Shown here piece by piece: positions 1 through 8,343 of a stretch of 64,000 nt of DNA; within the stretch, counting starts at the first letter, position 1; every line of letters begins with the position of its first letter. Origin of the DNA: an uncultured Alphaproteobacteria bacterium (GTDB taxonomy: Bacteria > Pseudomonadota > Alphaproteobacteria > Rs-D84). Where the stretch lies: positions 11,007 through 75,006 of the forward strand of contig CAKQNS010000002.1 of the NCBI GenBank assembly GCA_934255455.1, written 5' to 3'. The notes under the pieces were generated by a model. It had not been told where the DNA came from. It saw only the letters and a list, made by a program, of their open reading frames with translations, and did not search any database. Position numbers and translations under genes: made by a program.

Positions 1-334
1 CCTGGACACCCTGGGTTGCATCAACCAGAACCAACGCGCCCTCGCACGCGGCCAAACTGCGCGACACCTCGTAAGAAAAATCGACATGTCCCGGCGTATC
101 CATCAAATTCAATTGGTATGTTTGCCCATCGCGCGCATGATAATTCAGACGCACCGTTTGGGCCTTTATAGTAATGCCACGTTCGCGTTCAATATCCATA
201 GAATCCAGAACCTGGGCCTTCATCTCGCGCGATTGCAGACCGCCGGTATATTCAATCAACCGGTCCGACAGGGTCGATTTACCGTGATCGATATGTGCAA
301 CAATGGCAAAATTTCTGATATTTTTTTGGCGCAT
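1..334 (-). CDS. lepA: Elongation factor 4 (LepA), N-terminal part, truncated by window edge
   Basis: Reverse translation from 334 gives [28 protein letters not shown]...[35 protein letters not shown], which is the LepA GTPase G1-G3 motif region. ATG at 334-332. Runs off the window start. Confidence 0.9.
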   Translation of the reverse strand, partial: MRQKNIRNFAIVAHIDHGKSTLSDRLIEYTGGLQSREMKAQVLDSMDIERERGITIKAQTVRLNYHARDGQTYQLNLMDTPGHVDFSYEVSRSLAACEGALVLVDATQGVQ

Positions 335-422
335 GCGGCAATGATACACCAGTATATTTGAACTTTCAACCGTATTTTTCACTATTTCACTGTAAAAAAA
401 TGTCGCCCCATGGCGACATTTT

Positions 423-776
423 TTACAGATTTTCCAACAATGCATCAATTCGTGCGGCGCGTTCCAATGTGTCGTCGTATTCAAATTTAATTTCTGGCAC
501 ATATTTTTGGTCCATACGCGCGGCCAATTCATACCGCACCGTGCGCGTAATTTCATCCAACCGTTTTTGTACCGCGGCAACATCGGCATTGCGCGAATAA
601 TAGAACAGACGCACAAACTGTAACCCACCATGCGCAACCGCGCCAACCAACGACACGCCACCCAACAATTTATCGTCGCTGTAATTATCGCGCAAAATTT
701 CCGCAACCAGTGTTTGCACCTTGGCCGCGACGCGTCCCGCACGATTAGAATTATTGGTATTTTGTTTTCTTGGCAT
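423..776 (-). CDS. rbfA: Ribosome-binding factor A
   Basis: 117 aa. RbfA-like pattern (…VAEILRD…[19 protein letters not shown]…[13 protein letters not shown]…IDALLENL). Sits upstream of lepA on the same strand. Confidence 0.7.
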   Translation of the reverse strand: MPRKQNTNNSNRAGRVAAKVQTLVAEILRDNYSDDKLLGGVSLVGAVAHGGLQFVRLFYYSRNADVAAVQKRLDEITRTVRYELAARMDQKYVPEIKFEYDDTLERAARIDALLENL

Positions 777-867
777 AATTAAACCCCGACTTTATACATA
801 TAATGTGATTGTAAAATATTAAATATTCAATTACAATCAAGAAAAATTTTTACCCCAGGGGAATAAA

Positions 868-1443
868 ATGAAATTTGCCGAATATATATTGAAAAAATCT
901 GAAAGCCCCGCGTACGCGTGGATGGTGTTTTTTCTGACAATATGTGAATCTATATTCCTGTTTGTCCCACCCGAGGTTTTTATGACCCCACCCATCATTG
1001 CGAACAAGAAACGCGCCCTGCCCATCACGGTGGCGGCGGCATTGGGTTCGATTGTCGGCGGCGCATTGGCATATTTAATTGGCGCATGGTTATACGATTC
1101 GGTCGGCGTTTGGCTGATAAATACTTTTTCAAACCCCGAATTGATTGAAACCGCCATAAAACCTATGTTTTCCAAATATGGCATATTGATTATAGTTTTG
1201 ACCGCGGTCACACCAATACCGTATAAATTGCTGGCGATATGGTTGGGATTTATCGGGTTCCCAATGTGGCTGTTCTTGGCGGTTTCGGCAATATTCCGCA
1301 CGGGCCGTTTTGCCATTGTCGGATATTTATTGTGGCGGTTCCAGGAACGCGCGAACGCAATTGTGAAAAAATATTTCTGGCCATTGACACTGGGCGCAAT
1401 TATCGCCGCCGGCCTGGGAATATGCATGATATCGCTGTTTTAA
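868..1443 (+). CDS. YqaA/DedA-like (VTT/SNARE-associated domain) inner-membrane protein
   Basis: 191 aa polytopic membrane protein with a COG1238-like layout. RBS AGGGGA upstream of ATG 868. Confidence 0.5.
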   Translation: MKFAEYILKKSESPAYAWMVFFLTICESIFLFVPPEVFMTPPIIANKKRALPITVAAALGSIVGGALAYLIGAWLYDSVGVWLINTFSNPELIETAIKPMFSKYGILIIVLTAVTPIPYKLLAIWLGFIGFPMWLFLAVSAIFRTGRFAIVGYLLWRFQERANAIVKKYFWPLTLGAIIAAGLGICMISLF

Positions 1444-1476
1444 GCCATCCGGCTCTGCTGGCGCGCCGCCGCTGTA

Positions 1477-1545
1477 AAAAGTTCAGAGTTCAAAGTGCAA
1501 AGTTCAAAGGATGTGTCCACCATCGGTGGACAGCATTAATAACCT
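1477..1545. repeat. Partial copy of the AAAGTTCAAA-rich palindromic repeat element (left arm plus divergent central hairpin tgtccaccatcggtggaca)
   Basis: aaaagttcagagttcaaagtgcaaagttcaaag matches the left arm of the ~98-bp elements at 8343 and 11341. The right arm is absent. Confidence 0.6.
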
Positions 1546-1741
1546 GGATCCCGGGGACACCCCGCCATGGCGGGCACCCCGGCTTCCCAGAGGGGAATTT
1601 AACTGTGTGGCTGGTACAGAGTGAATTCCCCTTCGCTGGCGAAGGGGTGGACGCGCAGCGGACGGGGCAGTGGTAAATATGTCCCCGCAACGGAAATGAA
1701 AAAGCGCGCCGTCGGCGCACTATCTATTATCTATGCTCTAA

Positions 1742-1768
1742 AAATGCGCCGATGGCGCATTTTTTATT
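1742..1768 (-). terminator. Intrinsic terminator (hairpin gcgccgatggcgc plus T-run) at the 3' end of family gene g1; part of the CTCTAAAAA-hairpin module
   Basis: GC hairpin flanked by an A-run and T-run immediately after stop codon 1764-1766 on the minus strand. Confidence 0.6.
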
Positions 1769-2195
1769 CTATCCAAATCGCGGCGTATGTGGTGGCATTT
1801 TGCCCACCAACCGGAATTTTTACATTACCCTTGGTCACGGTGACTTTACCATCGGTCTGGGATACATCGGTCACCACCGCACCCGTACCCGACGATGTGG
1901 AATCCAGCCCACTGATTGCTTCGGTCACGGCCTTTTGCGTCATTGCACCATCAGTGTTTGTACCTGTGGATGTATACAATTTGGTCACACCGGCCGTGGT
2001 ACCCGTACCCGTTGAATATGTCGTATCGGTTGCAGAAATAACAATTTTACCGGCATTCGCACCATTGGTTGGGGTTGAAACCGTGACATTATCCCCCGAA
2101 ACAATATTGGTTTTCGCCACAATATCCGCAAACGCCCCCGACCCCATAAACACGGCAACAAACAAACCGATAAAAATACCCCTAATAATTATCAT
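1764..2195 (-). CDS. Secreted Thr/Gly-rich protein, short member (g1) of the five-gene tandem family
   Basis: Signal peptide MIIIRGIFIGLFVAVFMGSGAFA. C-terminus …NATTYAAIWIE shares the Trp-containing C-terminal motif of the downstream paralogs. The ORF track starts at TTG 2210; an internal ATG at 2195 is the likely start. Confidence 0.5.
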   Translation of the reverse strand: MIIIRGIFIGLFVAVFMGSGAFADIVAKTNIVSGDNVTVSTPTNGANAGKIVISATDTTYSTGTGTTAGVTKLYTSTGTNTDGAMTQKAVTEAISGLDSTSSGTGAVVTDVSQTDGKVTVTKGNVKIPVGGQNATTYAAIWIE

Positions 2196-2282
2196 AGCCC
2201 TTGCATTCAAATATACACAATATTACCAAGACACATTCATAGTATGGCACCGCTGTCACGGCACCATACTATGCACGTTATA

Positions 2283-3341
2283 TTAACGACCGATATATTC
2301 CCAAACCAATGTTTGGGCACCACCCTCGGCAACTTTCAAGGTCAACGCATAATTACCAACCTTGGATAAATCATCGGTATTTTGTGCCAACTGTGTTGCC
2401 GAGATTTTACCCGCCGTGATAGCACTGTCGGCAATCTTTGCTGATGTGACATTTGCATCCGTAATCTTTGCGGTCGTCACGGCACTATCTGCCAATTTTT
2501 CAGTCGTGACATTTTTATCTGCAATCTTTGCGGTTGTGACATTTGCATCTGTAATCTTTGCTGTTGTCACGGCATTATCTGCCAGTTTTTCTGTTGTGAC
2601 ATTTTTATCTGCAATCTTTGCGGTCGTCACAGCATCGGCAGCCAATTTTGCAGCTGTCACATTTGCGTCTTTGATTTTTACTGTCGTCACAGCATCGGCA
2701 GCCAATTTTGCAGCTGTCACATTTGCGTCTTTGATTTTTACTGTTGTCACGGCATTATCTTCGATCATATCTGTTTTGATTTGACCAGTTATGATTTGAC
2801 CAGTGGCATTTGTGATAACGGCCAGGTTTTTATTTGCCTCCGTTTGGTTCTTATCAACCTTGCCATCAATCGAGTCTGCCAAATCTTTATTAACCGCATC
2901 AGCCGCATTTTTCGCAATTTCTTCGGCGACGGCAACGGTCGGGAACTTTACAGCCTTGTCGGTTGCATCTTTATTGTATGTTGTTTCTTTATTCGCAGAA
3001 TCTTCTTTGTCTTTTTTCAAACCATCAATTGCAGTTTTGTTTTCACCAATTGATGTTGTATGACCAGCAATTGCGTTTTTATTTGCTTCGATATCCTCTT
3101 TGATTGTTTTATCATCGTACGCAGTGCCCGTACCATCGATTGTGATTTTGCCATCAACAATTGTCACATCGATACCATTTGAACCGGCAAGATTTGCATC
3201 CGCCCCCCCAACTTTCAATGTGTCTTGTTTTGCCTTCAAACTCTCATCAACATACGTTGTTGCGGCGATATCTGCGCGGGCGGCACCGGCCGTCATAATT
3301 GCAATCATTGAAACTGCAAATATTCCCGATAATTTTTTCAT
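2283..3341 (-). CDS. Secreted repeat protein g2 of the tandem family (about 12 decapeptide repeats D-x-N/A-V-T-T-x-K-I/L-A)
   Basis: Start MKKLSGIF… at ATG 3341 with RBS AAGGAAAG. The first ~110 residues after the signal (…YVDESLKAKQDTLKVGGADANLAGSNGIDV…VKFPTVAVAEEIAKNAADAV) are nearly identical to g3. A 30-bp tandem repeat array encodes NAVTTVKIKDANVTAAKLAAD-type units. C-terminus GNYALTLKVAEGGAQTLVWEYIGR. Confidence 0.75.
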   Translation of the reverse strand: MKKLSGIFAVSMIAIMTAGAARADIAATTYVDESLKAKQDTLKVGGADANLAGSNGIDVTIVDGKITIDGTGTAYDDKTIKEDIEANKNAIAGHTTSIGENKTAIDGLKKDKEDSANKETTYNKDATDKAVKFPTVAVAEEIAKNAADAVNKDLADSIDGKVDKNQTEANKNLAVITNATGQIITGQIKTDMIEDNAVTTVKIKDANVTAAKLAADAVTTVKIKDANVTAAKLAADAVTTAKIADKNVTTEKLADNAVTTAKITDANVTTAKIADKNVTTEKLADSAVTTAKITDANVTSAKIADSAITAGKISATQLAQNTDDLSKVGNYALTLKVAEGGAQTLVWEYIGR

Positions 3342-3418
3342 TTTTCTTTCCTTTGCTTTCATTTATCAAAATTTATGCCATGGCACGCCAAACACGTACC
3401 ACGGCACTCGGTTATTTA

Positions 3419-4279
3419 TTATTCACCTGTAGCCGGGTTTTCATTCTCGGCGCGTTCAATAACTTCCCATGCGTATGCGGCGTTGTTATATGTCAAAACA
3501 CACTTGTTTGTCGGATTCTCACATTCGCCTGCTGGCTTTGGAATCGCTTCGTTAGCGGTTTTTTGTGCGGCATCCGCAGCGGACTTTGCTGTGGCGGCAT
3601 CCTCTACCCCCTTGTCTGCCTGGGTCTTGGCCTCTGTAATTTTTCCATCCAACGCAGTGTCGGCCGCAGTGTACGCATTTGTAATCGTGGTTGTTGCCGC
3701 GTCAATTTTATAATCAACCGAGCCCTCGGTGGTTTTATCGGCGTTCAATTTTGTAATTGCACTTGTATTTGTGCCAATGTTTGTTTCATTGGTGGAAACG
3801 CGCCCTTCCAATGTCGTTAAATCGGTTGAAACCGCATCAGCCGCATTTTTCGCAATTTCTTCGGCAACAGCAACGGTCGGGAACTTTACACCCTTGTCGG
3901 TTGCATCTTTATTGTATGTTGTTTCTTTATTCGCAGAATCTTCTTTGTCTTTTTTCAAACCATCAATTGCAGTTTTGTTTTCACCAATTGACGTTGTATG
4001 ACCAGCAATTGCGTTTTTATTTGCTTCGATATCCGCCTTGATTGTTTTATCATCGTACGCAGTGCCCGTACCATCGATTGTGATTTTGCCATCAACAATT
4101 TTCACATCGATACCATTTGAACCAGCAAGATTTGCATCCGCCCCCTCAACTTTCAATGTGTCTTGCTTTTTGCCGACCTCTTGGTCAACATATCCACGCG
4201 ATGCAACGGCGGCGTCGGCGCTGTTTGCGGCGACAATCCCCAACATTACGGTAAATATACCTGCGGTTAATTTTTTCAT
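3419..4279 (-). CDS. Secreted protein g3 of the tandem family
   Basis: Start MKKLTAGIF… with signal peptide. Same 5' upstream sequence (ttttttcatttttctttcctttc) as g2. Shared N-terminal domain with g2. C-terminus IPKPAGECENPTNKCVLTYNNAAYAWEVIE matches the C-terminal box of g4. Confidence 0.75.
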   Translation of the reverse strand: MKKLTAGIFTVMLGIVAANSADAAVASRGYVDQEVGKKQDTLKVEGADANLAGSNGIDVKIVDGKITIDGTGTAYDDKTIKADIEANKNAIAGHTTSIGENKTAIDGLKKDKEDSANKETTYNKDATDKGVKFPTVAVAEEIAKNAADAVSTDLTTLEGRVSTNETNIGTNTSAITKLNADKTTEGSVDYKIDAATTTITNAYTAADTALDGKITEAKTQADKGVEDAATAKSAADAAQKTANEAIPKPAGECENPTNKCVLTYNNAAYAWEVIERAENENPATGE

Positions 4280-4318
4280 TTTTCTTTCCTTTCTTTTTTT
4301 ATTGTTTTTTTAATTTGT

Positions 4319-5515
4319 TTATTCCAACGGTTCTGTCACATCCATCCAGTATGGGTTGCCATCCTTATCAACCGACAACACGCAACGTCCGGATTCGGCC
4401 GTGCAATTAACGCCTGGTTTCGGTACCGCGTATGCGGTCACGGCCTTGACGGATGTGTATTTGGTTGTGGAATCTTTGTCGGCGGTCGAAATCGCATCAA
4501 CACGGTTGGTGGTCTTTTCAACGCCATTTAATTCCGTCGTGATGTCGTTTTTGGTTGCCAAATCAGAAATTTTTGTTGTGGACATTTCATATTGCCCGGT
4601 TGCATTCACGGTTGCGATGCCGCCCGCGGTTTCGGCGGTCACACCGGTGACCTTGTCTGCCTTGGCCGCGACGGTGGTCGCCACGCCATCAATACGGGTG
4701 CCCAATGCGGTGTCGGCCTCGGTCAATGTGCTGACAGAATCGTCAACCAATGTATTCACCGCCTTGGCCGTTGGATATTGGTCGTCGGTCGAGGCCGCCG
4801 AAATTGTTGTCGTTTTGTTCGATACATCTTCCTTGCCCGCGACAGATGTTTTTAACGATGAAATATCGGTTTTATTCGTGTCAACCTGGGTCGATACGGT
4901 GCTCAACGCGGTTGCCGTGGCCAAATCGGTAATTTTGGTCGAAGAGGCTTCGTATTGGCCGCTTGCGTTCACGGTTGCGATGCCACCGGTGTTCGCCTCG
5001 GTCATACCAGAAACTTTATCAGCCTTGGCCGCCAATGCGTCGCCCATGTCGCCCGCGACAATTTGCGCAACTTTGTCTTCGGTAAATTTAACGATTGCAC
5101 CAACCGATGGATACAGTGTGCCCGACGCCTTGTTCTGGTCGGTAATTTCGGTTGCCTTGTTTGATGTATCTTCTTTGCCGGTCACGGCTTCTTGTAATGC
5201 GGCGACATTTGTTTCGGTCGTGCCAACACGCGTTGTCAAACCGTTCACCGTATTGTTGGTTGTTGTCAATGCCGCATTTGTTGCCAAATCGTCAATCTTG
5301 GTTGTTGAAACCTGGTATTGGCCATTTGCGTCAACCGTTGCGATGTTGCCGGCATTGTCGCCAACATTTGCAACCACGTTCGCCTTGGTGCCCGCCAAAT
5401 TATCAACATAGGCCTGGCTGGCAATTCGTTTTGCCGCCCCATCGGCCGCAGACGCCGCACCAACCGACATGATTGCCGCCATAAATCCAGAAAATGCGAT
5501 ATTATTTATTTTCAT
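4319..5515 (-). CDS. Secreted protein g4 of the tandem family
   Basis: Signal peptide MKINNIAFSGFMAAIMSVGAASA. ASQAYVDNLAGTK N-box. Repeated GIATVNASGQYE(A/M)S(S/T)TKI(T/S)DLAT units. C-terminus YAVPKPGVNCTAESGRCVLSVDKDGNPYWMDVTEP. RBS AAGGAAAAAA. Confidence 0.75.
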   Translation of the reverse strand: MKINNIAFSGFMAAIMSVGAASAADGAAKRIASQAYVDNLAGTKANVVANVGDNAGNIATVDANGQYQVSTTKIDDLATNAALTTTNNTVNGLTTRVGTTETNVAALQEAVTGKEDTSNKATEITDQNKASGTLYPSVGAIVKFTEDKVAQIVAGDMGDALAAKADKVSGMTEANTGGIATVNASGQYEASSTKITDLATATALSTVSTQVDTNKTDISSLKTSVAGKEDVSNKTTTISAASTDDQYPTAKAVNTLVDDSVSTLTEADTALGTRIDGVATTVAAKADKVTGVTAETAGGIATVNATGQYEMSTTKISDLATKNDITTELNGVEKTTNRVDAISTADKDSTTKYTSVKAVTAYAVPKPGVNCTAESGRCVLSVDKDGNPYWMDVTEPLE

Positions 5516-5560
5516 CTGTTTTTTCCTTGGTTATATCTTCGTTACTGTTTCCCGGTTTTA

Positions 5561-6973
5561 CTATGGTTCCACAATTACAATCTCGGACCACGCGCCACCA
5601 CCATTACCATCGGCCGCAAATATATAGTTGCCAGCCGTTTCGGGCGCCGTCATGCCACCAGTTGCCGAAATGGTATCGCCATCAATCGTGATGTTCGTGC
5701 CCGCGGTCAATTTATTTTGCTTGCCCGCCAACGCGGTGTTGATGTCGGTCTTGGTGTAATATTGGTCCGCATCAAATGTACCAGATTGGGTAATTTTCGC
5801 ATCAACCTCGGTCTTGGTATATGCGTCACCAATGCCATATCCCGCCAGGGTTGTTGCCTTGTCCGCCTTGGTCGCGATTGATGCAGTGTTTGCCTCTATC
5901 GCGGCGGTATTTGCATCTATGGCATTTTTATTTGCACTGATGTTTGTGGCATTCGCACCAATCAATGTACGCACCGCCGTGTCGTCATACGATTTCGCCG
6001 AAATGGTATCGCCATCAATCGTGATGTTCGTACCCGCGGTCAATTTATTTTGTTTGTCCGCCAATGCCGTGTTCGTTTCGGTCTTGGTATAATATTGTTC
6101 CGCATCAAATGTACCAGAATCACGGATTTTCGCATCAACTTCGGCCTTGGTATAAACATCCGTCTTGGCCGCATAGATTGCCGACAGTGCACTGATTGCA
6201 TCTGCAATCGCGGTGTTCATTTGCTCTGTTGTGGAATATGCACTTAAATCCGCCGGAGTACCGGGTTCACCCGCCGGCCCCTGGGGCCCAGTGATTTCCG
6301 CCTTGGAAATCAGAATTCGCCAATCAGCATCACCCTCGCCCGCATAGCGCCATAACAGGTCGTTGTCATTTGAACCAATTTCAACCTCGCGCCCATCCTG
6401 GCCGGCGATGCTGCCTATTTCGTCTTTTAACCCATCAACATCAACATAAATTTGATTTGTTGTATTATCAATTACAATAAAACCGTTCAGTGTCGGTTCC
6501 AGCGTATCTTGTTTGTCACCCAATTGGCTTGATAAACTATCGTCCGCTTGGTGCAGTTCCTCGGTATCGCGCTGTAATTGGTCAATTTGACGACGCAAAT
6601 CCGCCACAACCGACGGATCAGTTGTACCACCTTCGCCCGGTTCCGGACGCACAGAACTGCCCCCGCTGACGGATGTGGTGCCCCCCAAATATTTTCCAAT
6701 AGATAAACGCGGTGTTGTTGCCACACGACCCGTTGTTGTTGCGGCCACCGGCTTTGCCGTCGCCGTCGTGCCGGTTTTACCAGCCGTTGGTGTCACACGC
6801 AATGACCCCGCACGCGCCGCACCGGTCGATGTTGCATTTGATGCGGCCGACGCACTGGAGTATGTTCCAGCCCCACCCAGCGAACGCACCGACGATGCCG
6901 CGTCAGCCCCGGAAACCGTGGCGCACACCGCACACACAATCGCAAGTATCGATATTTTGGTGTTATTTTTCAT
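5561..6973 (-). CDS. Secreted protein g5 of the tandem family; collagen-like triplet and phage-tail-fibre-like repeats
   Basis: Signal peptide MKNNTKISILAIVCAVCATVSGADA. KQDTL box as in g2/g3. …WRILISKAEITGPQGPAGEPGTP… Two ~55-aa direct repeats YTK(A/T)EVDAKI…GTFDA(E/D)QYYTKT…LA(D/G)KQNKLTAGTNITIDGDTISA. C-terminus …GGGAWSEIVIVEP. Confidence 0.75.
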   Translation of the reverse strand: MKNNTKISILAIVCAVCATVSGADAASSVRSLGGAGTYSSASAASNATSTGAARAGSLRVTPTAGKTGTTATAKPVAATTTGRVATTPRLSIGKYLGGTTSVSGGSSVRPEPGEGGTTDPSVVADLRRQIDQLQRDTEELHQADDSLSSQLGDKQDTLEPTLNGFIVIDNTTNQIYVDVDGLKDEIGSIAGQDGREVEIGSNDNDLLWRYAGEGDADWRILISKAEITGPQGPAGEPGTPADLSAYSTTEQMNTAIADAISALSAIYAAKTDVYTKAEVDAKIRDSGTFDAEQYYTKTETNTALADKQNKLTAGTNITIDGDTISAKSYDDTAVRTLIGANATNISANKNAIDANTAAIEANTASIATKADKATTLAGYGIGDAYTKTEVDAKITQSGTFDADQYYTKTDINTALAGKQNKLTAGTNITIDGDTISATGGMTAPETAGNYIFAADGNGGGAWSEIVIVEP

Positions 6974-7035
6974 GACTCTCTCTGCTTACATTGATTCTAT
7001 CATATTTTGCGAATCGGGGTCAATACTTTTTCTCA

Positions 7036-7767
7036 TTAAAATTCGTATCTGACGCCAACCGAAATAGAATTATCCCAAATCATGTCGATTTTGTTTTCAA
7101 AATTGCCGTATGTCGGGGTGTTATCCTTGATACCAATGCTGTGTTTTGTGCCCGTCATACCCGCCAAACGATAACGCAAATCTAATATCAAATTGTCGTC
7201 CAATTTGGTTGAATATCCAACTGCGATGTTCGCCATTGGCGCAATTGATGTTTTGCTGCGACTGGTTCCATCGGAATATATATTTGCAAATTTAACATCC
7301 AATGTTGTCATTGGCGCGGCAATACCCAAACCACCACCAACATACACGCCGTTCAAGAAATCATAGTATCCGTTGGCCGAAATATATGGGATTTGCAGGC
7401 TGAATTCTGAACCTGCATCTTTGTCTTCGAAATGACCGATGTATCCGGCTTCGACCTCGCCCCGCCAGAAATAGCCAAAATGGCGACCGGCGGCCAAACT
7501 GCCCCCGAATACGGGTTCAAACGAATAACTGTCACTGTTGGACGACAAATCGGCACCCGCCGCCAACAAATCAGACGAGTATTTATTCTTCCAATTCAGG
7601 AAACTAATCTCGGCACGAGCGGTCATATACCAGCCTGTTTTTGCCTTGTCCGTGTAATCGTATGTCACATTATAACCGCCACGACGATCCGGTTGAATAT
7701 AGCTGGGCGCCGCGGTGGCCGCGGTTGTCATACCAACCAGCACAAACAACGAAACTAATTTTTTCAT
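7036..7767 (-). CDS. Outer-membrane beta-barrel protein (porin/OmpA-like barrel family)
   Basis: Signal peptide MKKLVSLFVLVGMTTAATAA. Alternating amphipathic beta-strand pattern. C-terminal …SVGVRYEF ends in the aromatic residue typical of OMP barrels. Strong RBS AAGGAG before ATG 7767. Confidence 0.65.
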   Translation of the reverse strand: MKKLVSLFVLVGMTTAATAAPSYIQPDRRGGYNVTYDYTDKAKTGWYMTARAEISFLNWKNKYSSDLLAAGADLSSNSDSYSFEPVFGGSLAAGRHFGYFWRGEVEAGYIGHFEDKDAGSEFSLQIPYISANGYYDFLNGVYVGGGLGIAAPMTTLDVKFANIYSDGTSRSKTSIAPMANIAVGYSTKLDDNLILDLRYRLAGMTGTKHSIGIKDNTPTYGNFENKIDMIWDNSISVGVRYEF

Positions 7768-7845
7768 GTTAAAATTCTCCTTCCAATATCTTGGGCAAAG
7801 TATATCACATTTTTGCCCTGTTTCAAAACCATAAAAAAACAAATA

Positions 7846-7874
7846 TTGACATTTTTGCAAATAATTTGTTTAAT
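7846..7874 (+). promoter_or_regulatory. Candidate sigma70-type promoter for pal (TTGACA-N17-TTTAAT)
   Basis: ttgacatttttgcaaataatttgtttaat lies 40-70 bp upstream of the pal ATG. Confidence 0.3.
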
Positions 7875-7915
7875 ATATATCAGGTGGGAATTATTCAACC
7901 GAAAAGGGAAAGATC

Positions 7916-8317
7916 ATGAAGAAAATTTTTGCTTGCATTACATTATTGGGTTTGGCGGCATGTTGTGGCGCCCCGAAAGACATTAATAATGACCAGGTTT
8001 ATTTCGCGTTTGATTCTGCAAAGATTTCGGATCAGGCACGCGACAGTCTGGATGCCCAGGCAAAATATATGAAATTACATCCCGACCAAAATGTCCGACT
8101 GGAGGGTCATTGTGACGAACGCGGTTCCACCGAATATAATTTGGCATTGGGCGCATTGCGCGCGGGCAACGCCGCACATGTTTTAATTCGTGACGGAATT
8201 GAACCAGAACGTATTAAAACTATTTCATACGGCAAAGAAAACCCGCAATACCCCGGCAGTGGCGAAGAAATATGGGCCAAAAACAGAAATGTCACAACCA
8301 AGGTTGTGGAAAAATAA
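7916..8317 (+). CDS. pal: Peptidoglycan-associated lipoprotein Pal (OmpA-family C-terminal domain)
   Basis: Lipobox LAACCG. …VYFAFDSAKISDQARDSLDAQAKYMKLHPDQNVRLEGHCDERGSTEYNLALGALRAGNAA…ISYGKENP is the canonical Pal/OmpA peptidoglycan-binding motif set. RBS AAGGGAAAG. Confidence 0.9.
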   Translation: MKKIFACITLLGLAACCGAPKDINNDQVYFAFDSAKISDQARDSLDAQAKYMKLHPDQNVRLEGHCDERGSTEYNLALGALRAGNAAHVLIRDGIEPERIKTISYGKENPQYPGSGEEIWAKNRNVTTKVVEK

Positions 8318-8319
8318 CA

Positions 8320-8343
8320 AACGGGGCATCGCCCCGTTTTTTC
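8320..8343 (+). terminator. Intrinsic terminator of pal (ggggcatcgcccc plus T-run)
   Basis: Perfect GC hairpin followed by TTTTTT, 3 bp after the pal stop. Confidence 0.7.

Noticed and set aside
1546-1700. Tested whether the GC-rich structured region is SRP RNA, tmRNA or RNase P RNA
   Set aside because: None of the conserved cores is present: GGAAGCAGC for 4.5S, the GGTTCGA(A/T)TCC T-arm with alanine resume tag for tmRNA, AGGAAAGTCC for RNase P. It remains only an unclassified candidate.
1621-2286. 221-aa plus-strand ORF overlapping family gene g1
   Set aside because: It spans an intrinsic terminator hairpin and has no signal or domain features. The minus-strand frame has a signal peptide and the family C-terminal Trp box, so the plus ORF is taken as an antisense artefact.
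2362-5472. Multiple long plus-strand ORFs (2362-2784, 2803-3063, 3100-3432, 3299-3820, 3729-4001, 4038-4313, 4356-5411, 5152-5472) antisense to the surface-protein genes
   Set aside because: They are low-complexity Val/Ala/Phe-rich translations of the complement of Thr/Ala-rich repeats. The duplicated ones merely mirror the DNA duplication. No starts with RBS.
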